The notes: generated from the sequence alone by a model not told the origin. Positions 9,928-19,739 are shown, counted from the first letter of the stretch. The stretch: 64,000 bases of DNA from an uncultured delta proteobacterium (GCA_963711565.1 CAVQEQ010000003.1:1510769-1574768), one strand, 5' to 3'. Program-made: numbers and translations.

Positions 9928-10958
9928 GCGCTGGAACCATTCCAAGTTCGAGCGATCCGCTGCGCGATGAGATTCCAGTGGCGCGCGCGACACCGCTCTG
10001 GCGCAAGGCGATTCCGTATCTCGGCACGCTCGCGATCTTTGCGCTGATCTTCTGGCGCATCCCGATACGCAAAGTCGAGCAGGCGCTGTCGCAGGTGCCG
10101 ATACTCGATTTTCTGGCGGTGTTCATGCCGTACTCGCTCTTTTACTGCGCGATCGATTCGGCTTGCCTCACCTGGGTGGTGCGCCGCTTCAACGCGCGCA
10201 TGCGCTACAGCGACATCCTGCCGATTCGCGCGAGCATGTACGTGCTGGCGCTGATCAACACCAGCCTCGCACAAGGCGGCGTCGCGTATTACCTGCATCG
10301 CAAGGCGGGAGTCACGTTCCTGAGCGCGCTGAGCTCGGTGCTCTTCATTGCGATGCTCGAAATCTACCAGCTCTTTCTGTTTTCGACGCTCGGCGTGATC
10401 TTTTACACACCGGTCGGCGTCGCGCAGACCAGGATCGTCGCGATTCTTCGGGTCGTGTACATCGCGGCGTGGGCTCTGCTGGCGGGAATCATGATTTTCT
10501 TCGCGATCGCCCGCCGCAGCGCGCGGATACGCAACTGGGTCGAGAATGGAAGAGCTGGCGCACTGCTCGCGACGTTTATACAGGCGCGTCCGCTCGACTA
10601 CCTGGTGGTGCTGGCGATCAAAGCGCCGACGTTTCTCGCGTCGGTCGTAGCGCAGTACTACGCGCTGGCGCTGTACGGAATCGCGATCCCGTTCGTTAAG
10701 TTGATGCTCTTTCTGCCGCTGGTGTTCCTCGCCGCGGCGCTGCCGATCTCCGTGGCTCATCTCGGTACCAGCCAGGCGGCTTGGTTGCTGTTCTTCTCGA
10801 CCAACGCGTCGCCAGCAAAGATTGTCGCCTACAGCCTGGCGGCGCAACTCACCTTCATGCTGTGCAATGCGTTGATCGGGCTGGTGTTCCTGCCGCGCGC
10901 CAGCCGCGAACTAACAGAACTCCGCGCGGAGCCGGCGAGCAGTTCCGCGACCGCGTGA
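9924..10958 (+). CDS. Lysylphosphatidylglycerol synthase TM-domain (flippase-like) membrane protein
   Basis: About 8 TM segments; LPISVAHLGTSQ motif equivalent to the family's PxGxG. Confidence 0.75.
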   Translation: MSAGTIPSSSDPLRDEIPVARATPLWRKAIPYLGTLAIFALIFWRIPIRKVEQALSQVPILDFLAVFMPYSLFYCAIDSACLTWVVRRFNARMRYSDILPIRASMYVLALINTSLAQGGVAYYLHRKAGVTFLSALSSVLFIAMLEIYQLFLFSTLGVIFYTPVGVAQTRIVAILRVVYIAAWALLAGIMIFFAIARRSARIRNWVENGRAGALLATFIQARPLDYLVVLAIKAPTFLASVVAQYYALALYGIAIPFVKLMLFLPLVFLAAALPISVAHLGTSQAAWLLFFSTNASPAKIVAYSLAAQLTFMLCNALIGLVFLPRASRELTELRAEPASSSATA

Positions 10959-10961
10959 AGC

Positions 10962-11390
10962 TTACCGCACGCCGAGGACGGGAAAGCCCTCGCGCCGAGC
11001 CGCTTCAGCAAGTCTGCGATCCAGAGTAACGAGTTCCAGAGATTGTGGGTCGCCATCCGCGGCAACGAGTGCGGCGCCAAGCTGGAGGGCGTCTGCCGTC
11101 CGCAGCGGATGGTCCATGACGATGCGCTCAGCATGAATGCGGGCTGCCGCCGCATCGTAAATTTCAATCCATCTCAATGCGACTTCATTCACGTCACTTA
11201 CTGCGCGGTTCCACAGTGCGACCATATCCGGACGCTCACGTTTCTTTCGCGCGATCGCCGCAAGTACTTCGACCCGCGTCATCATCCAGGTTGTGATGCC
11301 CGGATCAGCGGCTCGCCACTCCTCAACTTCTGCGGTCGCTGGTTCTTTGATGAATATCGGGACGAGCGCCGAGGAGTCCCAAAATCTCAC
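10962..11390 (-). CDS. vapC: VapC-family PIN toxin
   Basis: FWDSSAL, LRTADALQL, VTLDRRLAEAA. Confidence 0.92.
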   Translation of the reverse strand: MRFWDSSALVPIFIKEPATAEVEEWRAADPGITTWMMTRVEVLAAIARKKRERPDMVALWNRAVSDVNEVALRWIEIYDAAAARIHAERIVMDHPLRTADALQLGAALVAADGDPQSLELVTLDRRLAEAARREGFPVLGVR

Positions 11391-11698
11391 CGACCGCTTT
11401 CTCGCTCCTCTAACAATGCTTGCAGGACGCCAGCTCCCCCAGGGATCTCGATAGGCTTATGAGTTTTAAACCACTCAGCCATATCGCCGGTGCCGCGCCT
11501 GATAGCACCCTTGCGCTCGAGGCGCTGGAGGCGTTCCTCGTCTAGATCCTCCTTGCTCCGGGCCTTGTGCCTTTTGAGAGGAACGATCTCGGCGATTGGG
11601 GTGTCGCGATCGTACACGACGACCGACCCTCCTGCGCGGACGTGATTGAGATAGCGCGAAAGCCCATTACGCAGTTCCGCGATTTTGGCTTTTTTCAT
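11387..11698 (-). CDS. Phd/YefM-family antitoxin
   Basis: IAELRNGLSRYL..VRAG..DRDTPIAEIVP; 4-nt overlap with the toxin. Confidence 0.9.
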   Translation of the reverse strand: MKKAKIAELRNGLSRYLNHVRAGGSVVVYDRDTPIAEIVPLKRHKARSKEDLDEERLQRLERKGAIRRGTGDMAEWFKTHKPIEIPGGAGVLQALLEERESGR

Positions 11699-11707
11699 GA
11701 CTCCCGG

Positions 11708-11724
11708 ATTATAGCCAAGTTGGC
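11708..11724 (-). promoter_or_regulatory. TA operon -10 box (TATAAT) with adjacent GCCAA-N-TTGGC operator palindrome
   Basis: Minus strand reads GCCAACTTGGC-TATAAT-9 nt-ATG. Confidence 0.6.
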
Positions 11725-11741
11725 GCTGTCGGGGCTACGAA

Positions 11742-12608
11742 TCAGGTCGAGAAGACTTTCGCCAGTGCAGAGGCCTCGAGGCGGATGCCGACGTAGAAGG
11801 GACCGAACTTCGCGTACGATGCGCTGGCCTCGTCGAAGCGCATCTCGTAGACGAGCTTCTTGAACACGATCGGATCGTCGGCGAAGAGATCGACGCCCCA
11901 TTCCCAATTGTCGAATCCGATCGAGCCTGAAATGATCTGCGTCACTTCGCCGGCGAAATGCCGCCCGACCATGCCATGGTCGTGCATGAGGCGCTGGCGA
12001 TCCTCGATTGGCAGGCGATACCAGTTGTCGGCGCCGTCGCGTTTTTTGTCCATCGGATAGAAGCACAGGTAGGGCCGCGCGGGAATTTTCGGAAACAGGC
12101 GCGGCGAAATCTTGTCGCGCTGGCGGGCAAGCTCGGACTCGATTTCAGATTTCCATTGCGGCGAATGCGGTCCGACGCCATTCTCGACGAGCTTGCGATA
12201 GAGCGCGACGGTCGCTTCGTAAAGGCCAATCTCAATCACCGACAAGTACGATGTCGTCGGTTCCAGGTAATCGCTGAGCGCGAGCGCGGCGATCGCGTGT
12301 TCGGCCTGTGCCAGTTCCTCGAAGCTGCGGCGGAAGTGGATGATCATCAGATCGCCCTTATGCCCGAGCGCGGAAAAGAGCGCGGTCTCGCCGTCCTCGC
12401 GCCGTGCCATCTCGCCGAACAATTTCGACGCGTCCTTGACGGCGACGTCGCGTTTGGCGGCGGCGAGCGCGCGCAATTCGCGCCGCCGCACGCGAAACAT
12501 CTGATGGAGGATGCCGTAGCCTTCGAGGGTAAGAGGCGCGGCCGGAAAATCGCCGGGAATCTTCGCACGGTCCTTGCCTCGATTTTGCTCTGCGCGGTCG
12601 CTGCTCAT
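11742..12608 (-). CDS. chdC: Coproheme decarboxylase (chlorite dismutase-like family)
   Basis: YPMDKKR, NWY, LMHDHGMVGR, QIISGSIGFDNWEWGV, YEMRFDEASA; ATG at 12608. Confidence 0.85.
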   Translation of the reverse strand: MSSDRAEQNRGKDRAKIPGDFPAAPLTLEGYGILHQMFRVRRRELRALAAAKRDVAVKDASKLFGEMARREDGETALFSALGHKGDLMIIHFRRSFEELAQAEHAIAALALSDYLEPTTSYLSVIEIGLYEATVALYRKLVENGVGPHSPQWKSEIESELARQRDKISPRLFPKIPARPYLCFYPMDKKRDGADNWYRLPIEDRQRLMHDHGMVGRHFAGEVTQIISGSIGFDNWEWGVDLFADDPIVFKKLVYEMRFDEASASYAKFGPFYVGIRLEASALAKVFST

Positions 12609-12625
12609 GGCCGCAATTCTAGACG

Positions 12626-14038
12626 CTACGCGGCCGGTTGTCTTGCCACGCGCGAACGAACGCATGCACCGACAAGAGCCTCCGCGACGGCGGGATTCGA
12701 TGCCCAATGCGCGTGAACGTATGACGCGAGAACGTTTCCGACGCGATAGCCTTCGGCGAACGGAGCACCGCCCCATCGCGGCACCACGCTATAGACGGTA
12801 TCGATCCGACCCCCGCTGTCAGCACCTTCGAGAGTCGAGTGTCGAAACTGATGCCCTCGAAATCGCGCGTGCGCTGGACCAAGAATCGAGTCAGCGCGCG
12901 TCTCGACTTCGACATAGCCGATCGCCTGCAGTCTGTCAGACATCACGGCGACGCCCGGAATGATCGCAGCCATCGGCCATTGCTCGCCGTCGAGCGTGCG
13001 GATGGCAGCCGTCAAGTACATCAGGCCGCCACACTCGGCGTAGATGACGCCGCCGCGACCCGCGAAGCTGCGGATCGCCGAGAGCATCGCGCTGTTCGAA
13101 GACAGCTCGTGCGCGAATGCCTCGGGATACCCGCCGCCGAAGTAAAGTCCGTCAACTTCGGGCAACTCGCGATCGTGGATTGGCGAGAAGTTGATGAGCT
13201 CGGCGCCGAGCGCGCGGAGACGATTCAGATTGTCTTCATAATAGAAGTGAAACGCGGCGTCATACGCGATGCCGATTCGGCACCGCGAGCGAGCCGACGA
13301 ATCGATTCTATATGAACCAGAAGCATTACCAACTTCGAGATCTGGCGCGGACCGCGCGATTTCGATGATAGCGTCGAGGTCCAGCCATTCGGTGGCCAGC
13401 TGGCTCCATCCGTCGATCAGTCGTTGCGGCACATTCGATTCGTCCGCCACGAGCAGGCCGAGATGCCGCTCGGGAAAGGCGAGATCAGCACTGGCAGGGA
13501 ATCCACCGACGATGGGAACCTCGGGACGCACGGCGCGCAGCAGGTCGAGATGCCCGCGCCCGCCGACGCGGTTGCAGATCATGGCGGCAACACGAACGGC
13601 GGAATCGAAACGCGCGAAACCCGCGGCCACCGCGGCGATCGTGCGCGCAACGCCCGAGGCGTCGGTGACGAGGATCACAGGAGCGTCGAGCCACTTGGCG
13701 ATCTGCGCGGTCGAGCCGTCGTCGCCGGTCGCAGTCGCGGAATCGAACAGACCCATCATGCCCTCAATCACCGCGATGTCGGCGCCGGCGGACGCGCGCG
13801 CAAAAGTCGCGACTACCGCGTCGCGACCCATCATCCAGCCGTCGAGGTTGTGCGATCGAACACCGGCGGCGCGTTCGTGGTAGGTGGGATCGAGATAGTC
13901 GGGGCCGCACTTGAACGCCGCGACCTTCAGGCCGCGCGCGCGCATCGCACCTATCAGCGCGACGGTCGCGGTTGTCTTGCCCACGCCGCTGCCGGTGGCA
14001 GCGATAACGACGCGAGGAATCTTGCCCGAGAGAGCCAT
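12626..14038 (-). CDS. cbiA: Cobyrinate a,c-diamide synthase
   Basis: SGVGKTT, FKCGPDYLDP, EGMMGLFD, ERHLGL, GGGYPE, YAECGGLMYL, YVHAHW. Confidence 0.93.
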   Translation of the reverse strand: MALSGKIPRVVIAATGSGVGKTTATVALIGAMRARGLKVAAFKCGPDYLDPTYHERAAGVRSHNLDGWMMGRDAVVATFARASAGADIAVIEGMMGLFDSATATGDDGSTAQIAKWLDAPVILVTDASGVARTIAAVAAGFARFDSAVRVAAMICNRVGGRGHLDLLRAVRPEVPIVGGFPASADLAFPERHLGLLVADESNVPQRLIDGWSQLATEWLDLDAIIEIARSAPDLEVGNASGSYRIDSSARSRCRIGIAYDAAFHFYYEDNLNRLRALGAELINFSPIHDRELPEVDGLYFGGGYPEAFAHELSSNSAMLSAIRSFAGRGGVIYAECGGLMYLTAAIRTLDGEQWPMAAIIPGVAVMSDRLQAIGYVEVETRADSILGPAHARFRGHQFRHSTLEGADSGGRIDTVYSVVPRWGGAPFAEGYRVGNVLASYVHAHWASNPAVAEALVGACVRSRVARQPAA

Positions 14039-14064
14039 CGCGATGCGATACTACTACAACACAA

Positions 14065-14835
14065 TCATGCGAACCTTATGCGCGCGCTTTGCAGGAGTGC
14101 GGGATCCATCTTCGTTGGGTTTGCGCCCGCATTTGCGAGAACGACCTCGAACGGCGATTGACCGTGATCGCGAATCCACTGTGCCAGTGGGCCATTGTCA
14201 GTTTTCGACGCGAGCAACTGCAATTCATTCGGACCCATTGTGAAAGTGACACCCGCCGCTTCGAGATCGGCGCGCTCGACGAACGCGCCGGGACGACCCA
14301 GCACACGCGCATAGTAGCGACTGGTCACGCCTGGATCGTCCACCGCGATCGCAAGAGTGCGGATGCCAGCCGCGCCGTTACGATGCGAGCGCTCACGCGG
14401 GACGCGCTCGTCGCGGGGAGTGTCGTCCTTGATCAGAAACGGCACCTGACCGTTGAAGGGCGGAGCGGGAATCGCGAGCACCCAACTCAGGTGATAGCCG
14501 TCGGGCCGATCGCGCGTCAGCGGAGACGGATCGCCAATCCTTGCGCCCGCGCGGCGCATCGACTCGACGTCCGCCGCGAGATCGTCGGTCCGCATGCTAA
14601 AATCGACGATGCCGCCGCCCTTCTCGAGCGCCGCTTGCCAGGGATGGCCCGTGTGAGGTTTGAGGAATGCGATCAGTTCGAAATAGCTGCCGTCCGCAAA
14701 TGCGATCAGCGCGTTGTGAGTCCCGATCGGATGTTTGCCGCCGCGGACAACGGTGAATCCTGCGCGCGAGTAACTTGCAATCGCGGCTTCGAGCTCGTTA
14801 ACGACGATCGCGACATGATCGATCCCGGCGAACAT
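14065..14835 (-). CDS. VOC/glyoxalase_3 family protein
   Basis: IDHVAIVV, GGKHPIGTHNALI, PFLI. Confidence 0.85.
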   Translation of the reverse strand: MFAGIDHVAIVVNELEAAIASYSRAGFTVVRGGKHPIGTHNALIAFADGSYFELIAFLKPHTGHPWQAALEKGGGIVDFSMRTDDLAADVESMRRAGARIGDPSPLTRDRPDGYHLSWVLAIPAPPFNGQVPFLIKDDTPRDERVPRERSHRNGAAGIRTLAIAVDDPGVTSRYYARVLGRPGAFVERADLEAAGVTFTMGPNELQLLASKTDNGPLAQWIRDHGQSPFEVVLANAGANPTKMDPALLQSARIRFA

Positions 14836-14883
14836 GCATTCGAAATACTAGAAACTCGATCAGGCCGGCAAGCGACACTCTGA

Positions 14884-15750
14884 CTAGCCGCTGGATCGAG
14901 CATCCCTGTGAAGGAAAATTCGCTGCTCGCTCGCCTGAACTCTACGCGCGTAGCGAGCGCCGAGGTCGAACCATTCCAAGCCAGGCAGGCGCGCGATAGC
15001 TCTGTCAACGGTCGCAAGACGCTCGACTCCGCTGTCCCCCGGAAACAAGTACGCGCACACGCGGCGCATCGAGGGATCGCCACGGACGGTCACGCCTACT
15101 GGAGTCCAGAAGTTGCGCACCAGGAACGCCGTCAACCGCCGCGCGGCGGGCGCGCGAAGCCGGCACCGCGCCTGATTGAAGTAGAAAGCAAAGTGGCGGC
15201 GTTCGTCCTTGATGATTCGCTCCAGAATCGTCGTCAGCAGCGGACGCGGGCTGTCAGAGCGGTCGCGCGCTGAATCGGTGCGGCTGATCAAAGCCTGGTA
15301 GCCGGTCAGCGTCGAGATCTCGTTGATCGCGCCGAACGTCATGTGCACGGCGGGAAAATGACGCGTAGCGCGCGACAGGATCGCGACGCCGGGGCGGATT
15401 ACGCGATCGGCGAGACTGGTTTGGCCGCGCAAATCGGCGAAGCGCTGATCGTCGATTGCAACTCCCTGCGTCGCGAGAAAGCGGCGGAGCAGCAGCGAGT
15501 GAAAAAATTCCTCGTAGGCCCAGCACGACAGGAATGCGGTGACTTCGTTGTCGCGCACCACGCGCGTCAACAGCAAGTCGCGCAGATAGACGATAGTGTG
15601 CGACTCGATGTCCATCATGTAGGCGATCGTGAAAAGAGCGTCGTCACTCAGCCGCGGCTGTGGCGTTGTCCAATCGAAACAATCCGGCTTGGTCGCGCCG
15701 CACACTCGCAGGTAACGATCGAGGTCGAAGGCGGTTTCGTTCGCGTCCAT
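14884..15750 (-). CDS. Ferritin-like (acyl-ACP desaturase-like) di-iron protein
   Basis: MMDIESHT, WAYEEFFH, INE, DERRHFAFY. Confidence 0.8.
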   Translation of the reverse strand: MDANETAFDLDRYLRVCGATKPDCFDWTTPQPRLSDDALFTIAYMMDIESHTIVYLRDLLLTRVVRDNEVTAFLSCWAYEEFFHSLLLRRFLATQGVAIDDQRFADLRGQTSLADRVIRPGVAILSRATRHFPAVHMTFGAINEISTLTGYQALISRTDSARDRSDSPRPLLTTILERIIKDERRHFAFYFNQARCRLRAPAARRLTAFLVRNFWTPVGVTVRGDPSMRRVCAYLFPGDSGVERLATVDRAIARLPGLEWFDLGARYARRVQASEQRIFLHRDARSSG

Positions 15751-15756
15751 GCCCGA

Positions 15757-15785
15757 GATACGGGCGCAATGCGGAATCGGATTGC
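15757..15785 (-). promoter_or_regulatory. ECF sigma promoter GCAATCC-N16-CGTATC, 6 nt before the ATG
   Basis: Identical -35/-10 boxes and spacing to the motif upstream of the ECF sigma gene (17241-17269). Confidence 0.75.
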
Positions 15786-15801
15786 GCGCGCGAAACCTTC
15801 G

Positions 15802-16659
15802 TTAGCGGCGCGGAAAATCGCCCTTCAAGTACATCGCACCGGTCGGCTTCTCGACGCCGCCAACAGGCTCGAGTGTGATCGCGCTGGCCAGCACTACTTC
15901 ACCCGGCGGCGGCAGGTCGAGCGAGACAATCGTGGCGCCATTACTCGACGGCTGAAACAACCCCGCCCTCAGCGGGCCCTGCTTTTCCCCGATCCACCAG
16001 ACCTCGTACTCCTTGTCGTCGGGCGTTGGCGGGAGACCGTTCACTTCGAGCATCGCGGTGCCCTGACTATTGCTGAGCGCGACGGTGCCGTTGGCGGAAG
16101 GGGCTGCGGGAAGACCCGCGAGACGAACCACGCGCGCGTCGGGACCGAGGCTTGCCAGAGTCAGATCCGTGGTCTGCGCAACCCTGGCCTGCAGCGCCGC
16201 GAGTTGGTCACCGGTGGCGTCGAGGCTGCGCTGGATCTCGATCACTTTGGCGGTGAGCGAGGCGACCTCATTTGAAGTGTCGCTGGTGACGTTGCTTACG
16301 CGAGAATTGAAGAGAGCGTAACTGACTCCGATCGCGACGACCGCAGCCGCGGCCGCCGACCCAAGCATCGCGAAGCCGCGCCCACGTGAGGATTCACGCA
16401 CCGGGAGATCTTCAAGTCGTCGCGGCGGACGGTCCTCGTCCAGCCGAGCTTGCAGGCGACTCCAGATCCGATCGGAGGGACCGTCGCCGCCGCTTTCGAC
16501 CATCGCCATCGCCGCGAGCGCTTCCGCAAACGACGCCAGCTCGCGCTCGCATTCGTCGCATCCGACGGCCAGATGCTCGTCAACCGCGCGCGCTTCATCG
16601 CCGTCGAGCCGCGAAAGCGCCTTGAGCGGGATCAGGTCTTTGATTTCCGCGTGGTCCAT
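15802..16659 (-). CDS. Anti-sigma factor (RskA-like, N-terminal ZAS)
   Basis: HLAVGCDEC zinc motif, TM segment, YEVWWI, AITLEPVGGVEKPTG. Confidence 0.9.
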   Translation of the reverse strand: MDHAEIKDLIPLKALSRLDGDEARAVDEHLAVGCDECERELASFAEALAAMAMVESGGDGPSDRIWSRLQARLDEDRPPRRLEDLPVRESSRGRGFAMLGSAAAAAVVAIGVSYALFNSRVSNVTSDTSNEVASLTAKVIEIQRSLDATGDQLAALQARVAQTTDLTLASLGPDARVVRLAGLPAAPSANGTVALSNSQGTAMLEVNGLPPTPDDKEYEVWWIGEKQGPLRAGLFQPSSNGATIVSLDLPPPGEVVLASAITLEPVGGVEKPTGAMYLKGDFPRR

Positions 16660-16665
16660 CTCTGC

Positions 16666-17226
16666 CTACTTGGCACTCGCTTGGAGTGCGTCGCGAAGTC
16701 TGATCAAACCGCTGCGCATCCTGCTCTTCACGGTGCCAAGCGGAATGCTGGTGCGCTCGGCGATCTCGGATTGCGAGAGATCGGAAAAATACGCGAGCCG
16801 CAGCAAGTCGCGCTCTCCGTCGTTCAAGGTTGCGAGTGCTACCTCAACCCGATGGCGCTGCTCAGCGCTGTGGATCTCGCTTGATGGATCATCCGCGACT
16901 TTAGAGTCGGTAGCATTGTCGCCGCGAGGTTCGCGAGCCTTGCGGGCGCGCAGTCGATCGATTGCACGGCTTCGCACTGTCATCATTATCCACGCGCCAA
17001 CCGAGCCGCGACCCCGATCGAACCGCGACGCCTCGCGCCAGAGTTGCCACAACACATCCGCCGCGACTTCTTCGGCGTCGGCCTTGTCGCGCAGAATTCT
17101 ATCCGCGACCGCGCACAGCGCACGGCCGTAGCGTTGATTCAGCGCGGCCAGAGCGTCCTGGTCGCGCGCGGCCATCGCGGATACGAGTGCTGCATCGCTA
17201 ATCCTGTTGTCGGCCGCCATCGCCAC
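16666..17226 (-). CDS. ECF RNA polymerase sigma factor (SigK-like)
   Basis: DAEEV, WREASRFD..RGS, LAYFSDLSQSEIA, PLGTVKSR; directly upstream of the anti-sigma. Confidence 0.92.
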   Translation of the reverse strand: MAMAADNRISDAALVSAMAARDQDALAALNQRYGRALCAVADRILRDKADAEEVAADVLWQLWREASRFDRGRGSVGAWIMMTVRSRAIDRLRARKAREPRGDNATDSKVADDPSSEIHSAEQRHRVEVALATLNDGERDLLRLAYFSDLSQSEIAERTSIPLGTVKSRMRSGLIRLRDALQASAK

Positions 17227-17240
17227 CCGGCTTCTACTTC

Positions 17241-17269
17241 GATACGTCGCGCGACGGTTTCCGGATTGC
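17241..17269 (-). promoter_or_regulatory. Autoregulatory ECF promoter GCAATCC-N16-CGTATC
   Basis: Immediately upstream of the sigma start; duplicated at 15757-15785. Confidence 0.75.
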
Positions 17270-17274
17270 CGCGG

Positions 17275-18492
17275 CTAGCCGAGCGCACCCGACGCCACCA
17301 ATTCGCTAATCCGCGTTTCGTCGTAGCCGAGGATGCTTTCGAGGACGTGCTGATTGTCCTGGCCCAGGCTCGGAGCGGCGCGACCAACGTCGGCCGGGGT
17401 GCGCGAGAGTTTCGCGCGCGGGCCTTCGACGGTGAATTTGCCGAGGCTGGGATGCTCGAGCGCGACGAAATGGCCGCGATGCGTGAACTGCGGATCGGCG
17501 TACGCGTCGGCGCTGTTCTGCACTCGATGAGCGGGAACGCCGTGCGATTGAAGGCGCGATTCGATCGCGCCGCGATCGAGTTTGCGGCTCCAAGTGGCAA
17601 TCGCAGAGTCGATAGCGTCGCGATGCTCAAGCCGGCCCGCGGCGGACGCATAGCGCGGGTCGCGCGCGAGGCCTTCATTTTCCATTGCGGCGCAAAGGCG
17701 GCGCCAATCGTCGTCGTCGCGGCATACGATCGCGACCCACTGGTCATCACCGGCCGCTGGATAGACGCCGTGAGGTGCGAAAGCGGCGTCAGAATTTCCG
17801 ACTCGTTCGTCAACGCGGCCATTCACCATGTAGTCGAGAACCGCGGGCCCAAGAAAGTGTATCGAGCATTCAGCCTGCGACTGATCGATATACTGGCCCT
17901 GGCCCGTGCGGCGCCGATGATCGAGCGCCGCGAGAATCGCCGCCGCAGTAAAACGCGGCGACACGTAGTCCGTGTAGGCGCCGAAGACGCCCGCCGGAGC
18001 CCGGTCGGGCCATCCGGCGAGATTGTGAAAGCCCGAAATCGCCGCGGCCATATTTCCGAAGCCGGCGATTTTCGCGAGCGGCCCCGTCTGTCCCATCAGG
18101 CACGAGCTCAGCATGATGAGACCGGGGTTGACCTTGCGCAGCGATTCGTAGTCGAAACCCCACGCGCGCATCGCCTTGGGCGAGAAGGACTCGGTGACAA
18201 CGTCGGCCCATCGCACGAGATCGTGCACGACCGCGCGCGCGGTGGGATTGCCGAGGTCCAGCGAGATTCCGAATTTGCCGGCGTTGCAATTGGCAAACAG
18301 ACCCGACGCATCGGGACCGAACTGGTTACCAAAATAGGGTTGCAGCGTACGCGCGGTATCGACGCGGGTGGGTGACTCGATTCGCACGACGGTCGCGCCA
18401 TAGTCGGCGAGAATCCGCGTCGACGCGGGACCCGCCATCACCCACATGAAATCGCAAATCTTGACGTCCTTGAGCGGCAGCTCGTTTGGCAT
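17275..18492 (-). CDS. Class III CoA-transferase (CaiB/BaiF)
   Basis: PLKDVKICDF, AGP, LADYGATVVRIE, NAGK, YTDYVS, APSLGQDN; TAATG coupling to the upstream gene. Confidence 0.92.
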   Translation of the reverse strand: MPNELPLKDVKICDFMWVMAGPASTRILADYGATVVRIESPTRVDTARTLQPYFGNQFGPDASGLFANCNAGKFGISLDLGNPTARAVVHDLVRWADVVTESFSPKAMRAWGFDYESLRKVNPGLIMLSSCLMGQTGPLAKIAGFGNMAAAISGFHNLAGWPDRAPAGVFGAYTDYVSPRFTAAAILAALDHRRRTGQGQYIDQSQAECSIHFLGPAVLDYMVNGRVDERVGNSDAAFAPHGVYPAAGDDQWVAIVCRDDDDWRRLCAAMENEGLARDPRYASAAGRLEHRDAIDSAIATWSRKLDRGAIESRLQSHGVPAHRVQNSADAYADPQFTHRGHFVALEHPSLGKFTVEGPRAKLSRTPADVGRAAPSLGQDNQHVLESILGYDETRISELVASGALG

Positions 18493-19739
18493 TAGATGAT
18501 TCCCGCCCGCGTCAGTTCCGCGATCTGCCCTTCGCTCAAGCCGAGTTCGTCCCGGTAGATTTCGGAATTGTGCTCGCCGACGGTCGGCGGCCTTCTTCGA
18601 TACTCGATCGGCGTCGCGCTGAATTTCGCAAACGGGCCGGGGTAGCGGAACGACTCGCCAAGTTCCGGATGCGCGACGTTCTGGAAGTAATTGCGCGATG
18701 CGAATTGCGGGCTCTCGACTACTTCCTCGATAGTGGCGACCGGTGTGATCAGAAATCCGCGCTCGAGCGCGAGCCGGAGCAGTTCGGCCTTGGTGTAGCT
18801 GCGGGTGAACTTTCTGACGAGTTCCTTCACGCGCTCGAATTCCGCAAGCGGTTCGACGCCGCTGAAAAGCTGCTCGCCGTACGCGATCCAATCCTTGTCG
18901 CGCGTGGTCTCGTCGCAAAAGCCGCGCTCGCAGATGTAATGCATCAGCCTGGCAGTGAAGACACCGAGCGCCGAGCCGAACAGAAACGTCATCGCGACGT
19001 AGCCGTCGCCGGCCGGCCACACCAGCGGAAGATCGATCGGACCCATCTTCACGCCACCGGACATCCGTCGCGGTTCAACCGAACCGAGGGCCGCCGCGAG
19101 TATGTTCGATTGCGTCGCCATCGCGACCGATTGCTGGGCCGCGACGTCGATGTGTTGCCCAAGTCCCGAGCGCACCCGCTCGTGATGCGCCGCGAGCGCC
19201 GCTACCGCAGCGTCGGCGGAAGCGTGCAGGTAAGCCTGCGGAATACAGAGGCGCACGGGCGGGCGATCGGCGTCACCGGCCAGGATCAGAGGCCCGCCCG
19301 CGGCCATGACGATCAGATCGCTATCGGCGTAAGTGGCCTTGGGCCCGTCCTGTCCGAACGGCGTGATCGAAACGTAGATGAGCGCGGGATTTATCTTCAC
19401 AAGGTCGGCGTAACCGAGGCTACGCTGCGACAGGTAGCCGGGATTGTGCGACTCGATTAGAAAATCCGCGCGCCCGACCAAGCGACGCAGAAGGTCGCGG
19501 CCGGTATCGCGCTCGATGTCGAGCGTGATCGCGCGCTTGTTGCGATTGTACGCCCACCAGTAGAGCGAGCGGTCGGGATGCGGCACGTCCTTGTAGAACG
19601 GCCCGATATTGCGCGCTGACGAACCGCCCGGCGGCTCAACCTTGATGACGTCGGCGCCCATGTCGGCCAGCATCTGGCCGCACAGGAGACCGCGCTCGGT
19701 CGTGAGATCGAGCACGCGATATGGACTCAGCATCGACAT
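18492..19739 (-). CDS. Class III CoA-transferase (CaiB/BaiF), partner subunit
   Basis: LSPYRVLDLT, LADMGADVIKVEPPGG, NRNKR, PTVGEHN. Confidence 0.92.
   Translation of the reverse strand: MSMLSPYRVLDLTTERGLLCGQMLADMGADVIKVEPPGGSSARNIGPFYKDVPHPDRSLYWWAYNRNKRAITLDIERDTGRDLLRRLVGRADFLIESHNPGYLSQRSLGYADLVKINPALIYVSITPFGQDGPKATYADSDLIVMAAGGPLILAGDADRPPVRLCIPQAYLHASADAAVAALAAHHERVRSGLGQHIDVAAQQSVAMATQSNILAAALGSVEPRRMSGGVKMGPIDLPLVWPAGDGYVAMTFLFGSALGVFTARLMHYICERGFCDETTRDKDWIAYGEQLFSGVEPLAEFERVKELVRKFTRSYTKAELLRLALERGFLITPVATIEEVVESPQFASRNYFQNVAHPELGESFRYPGPFAKFSATPIEYRRRPPTVGEHNSEIYRDELGLSEGQIAELTRAGII

Noticed and set aside
14039-14064. Cobalamin riboswitch upstream of cbiA
   Set aside because: The intergenic gap is only 26 nt and shows no B12-box
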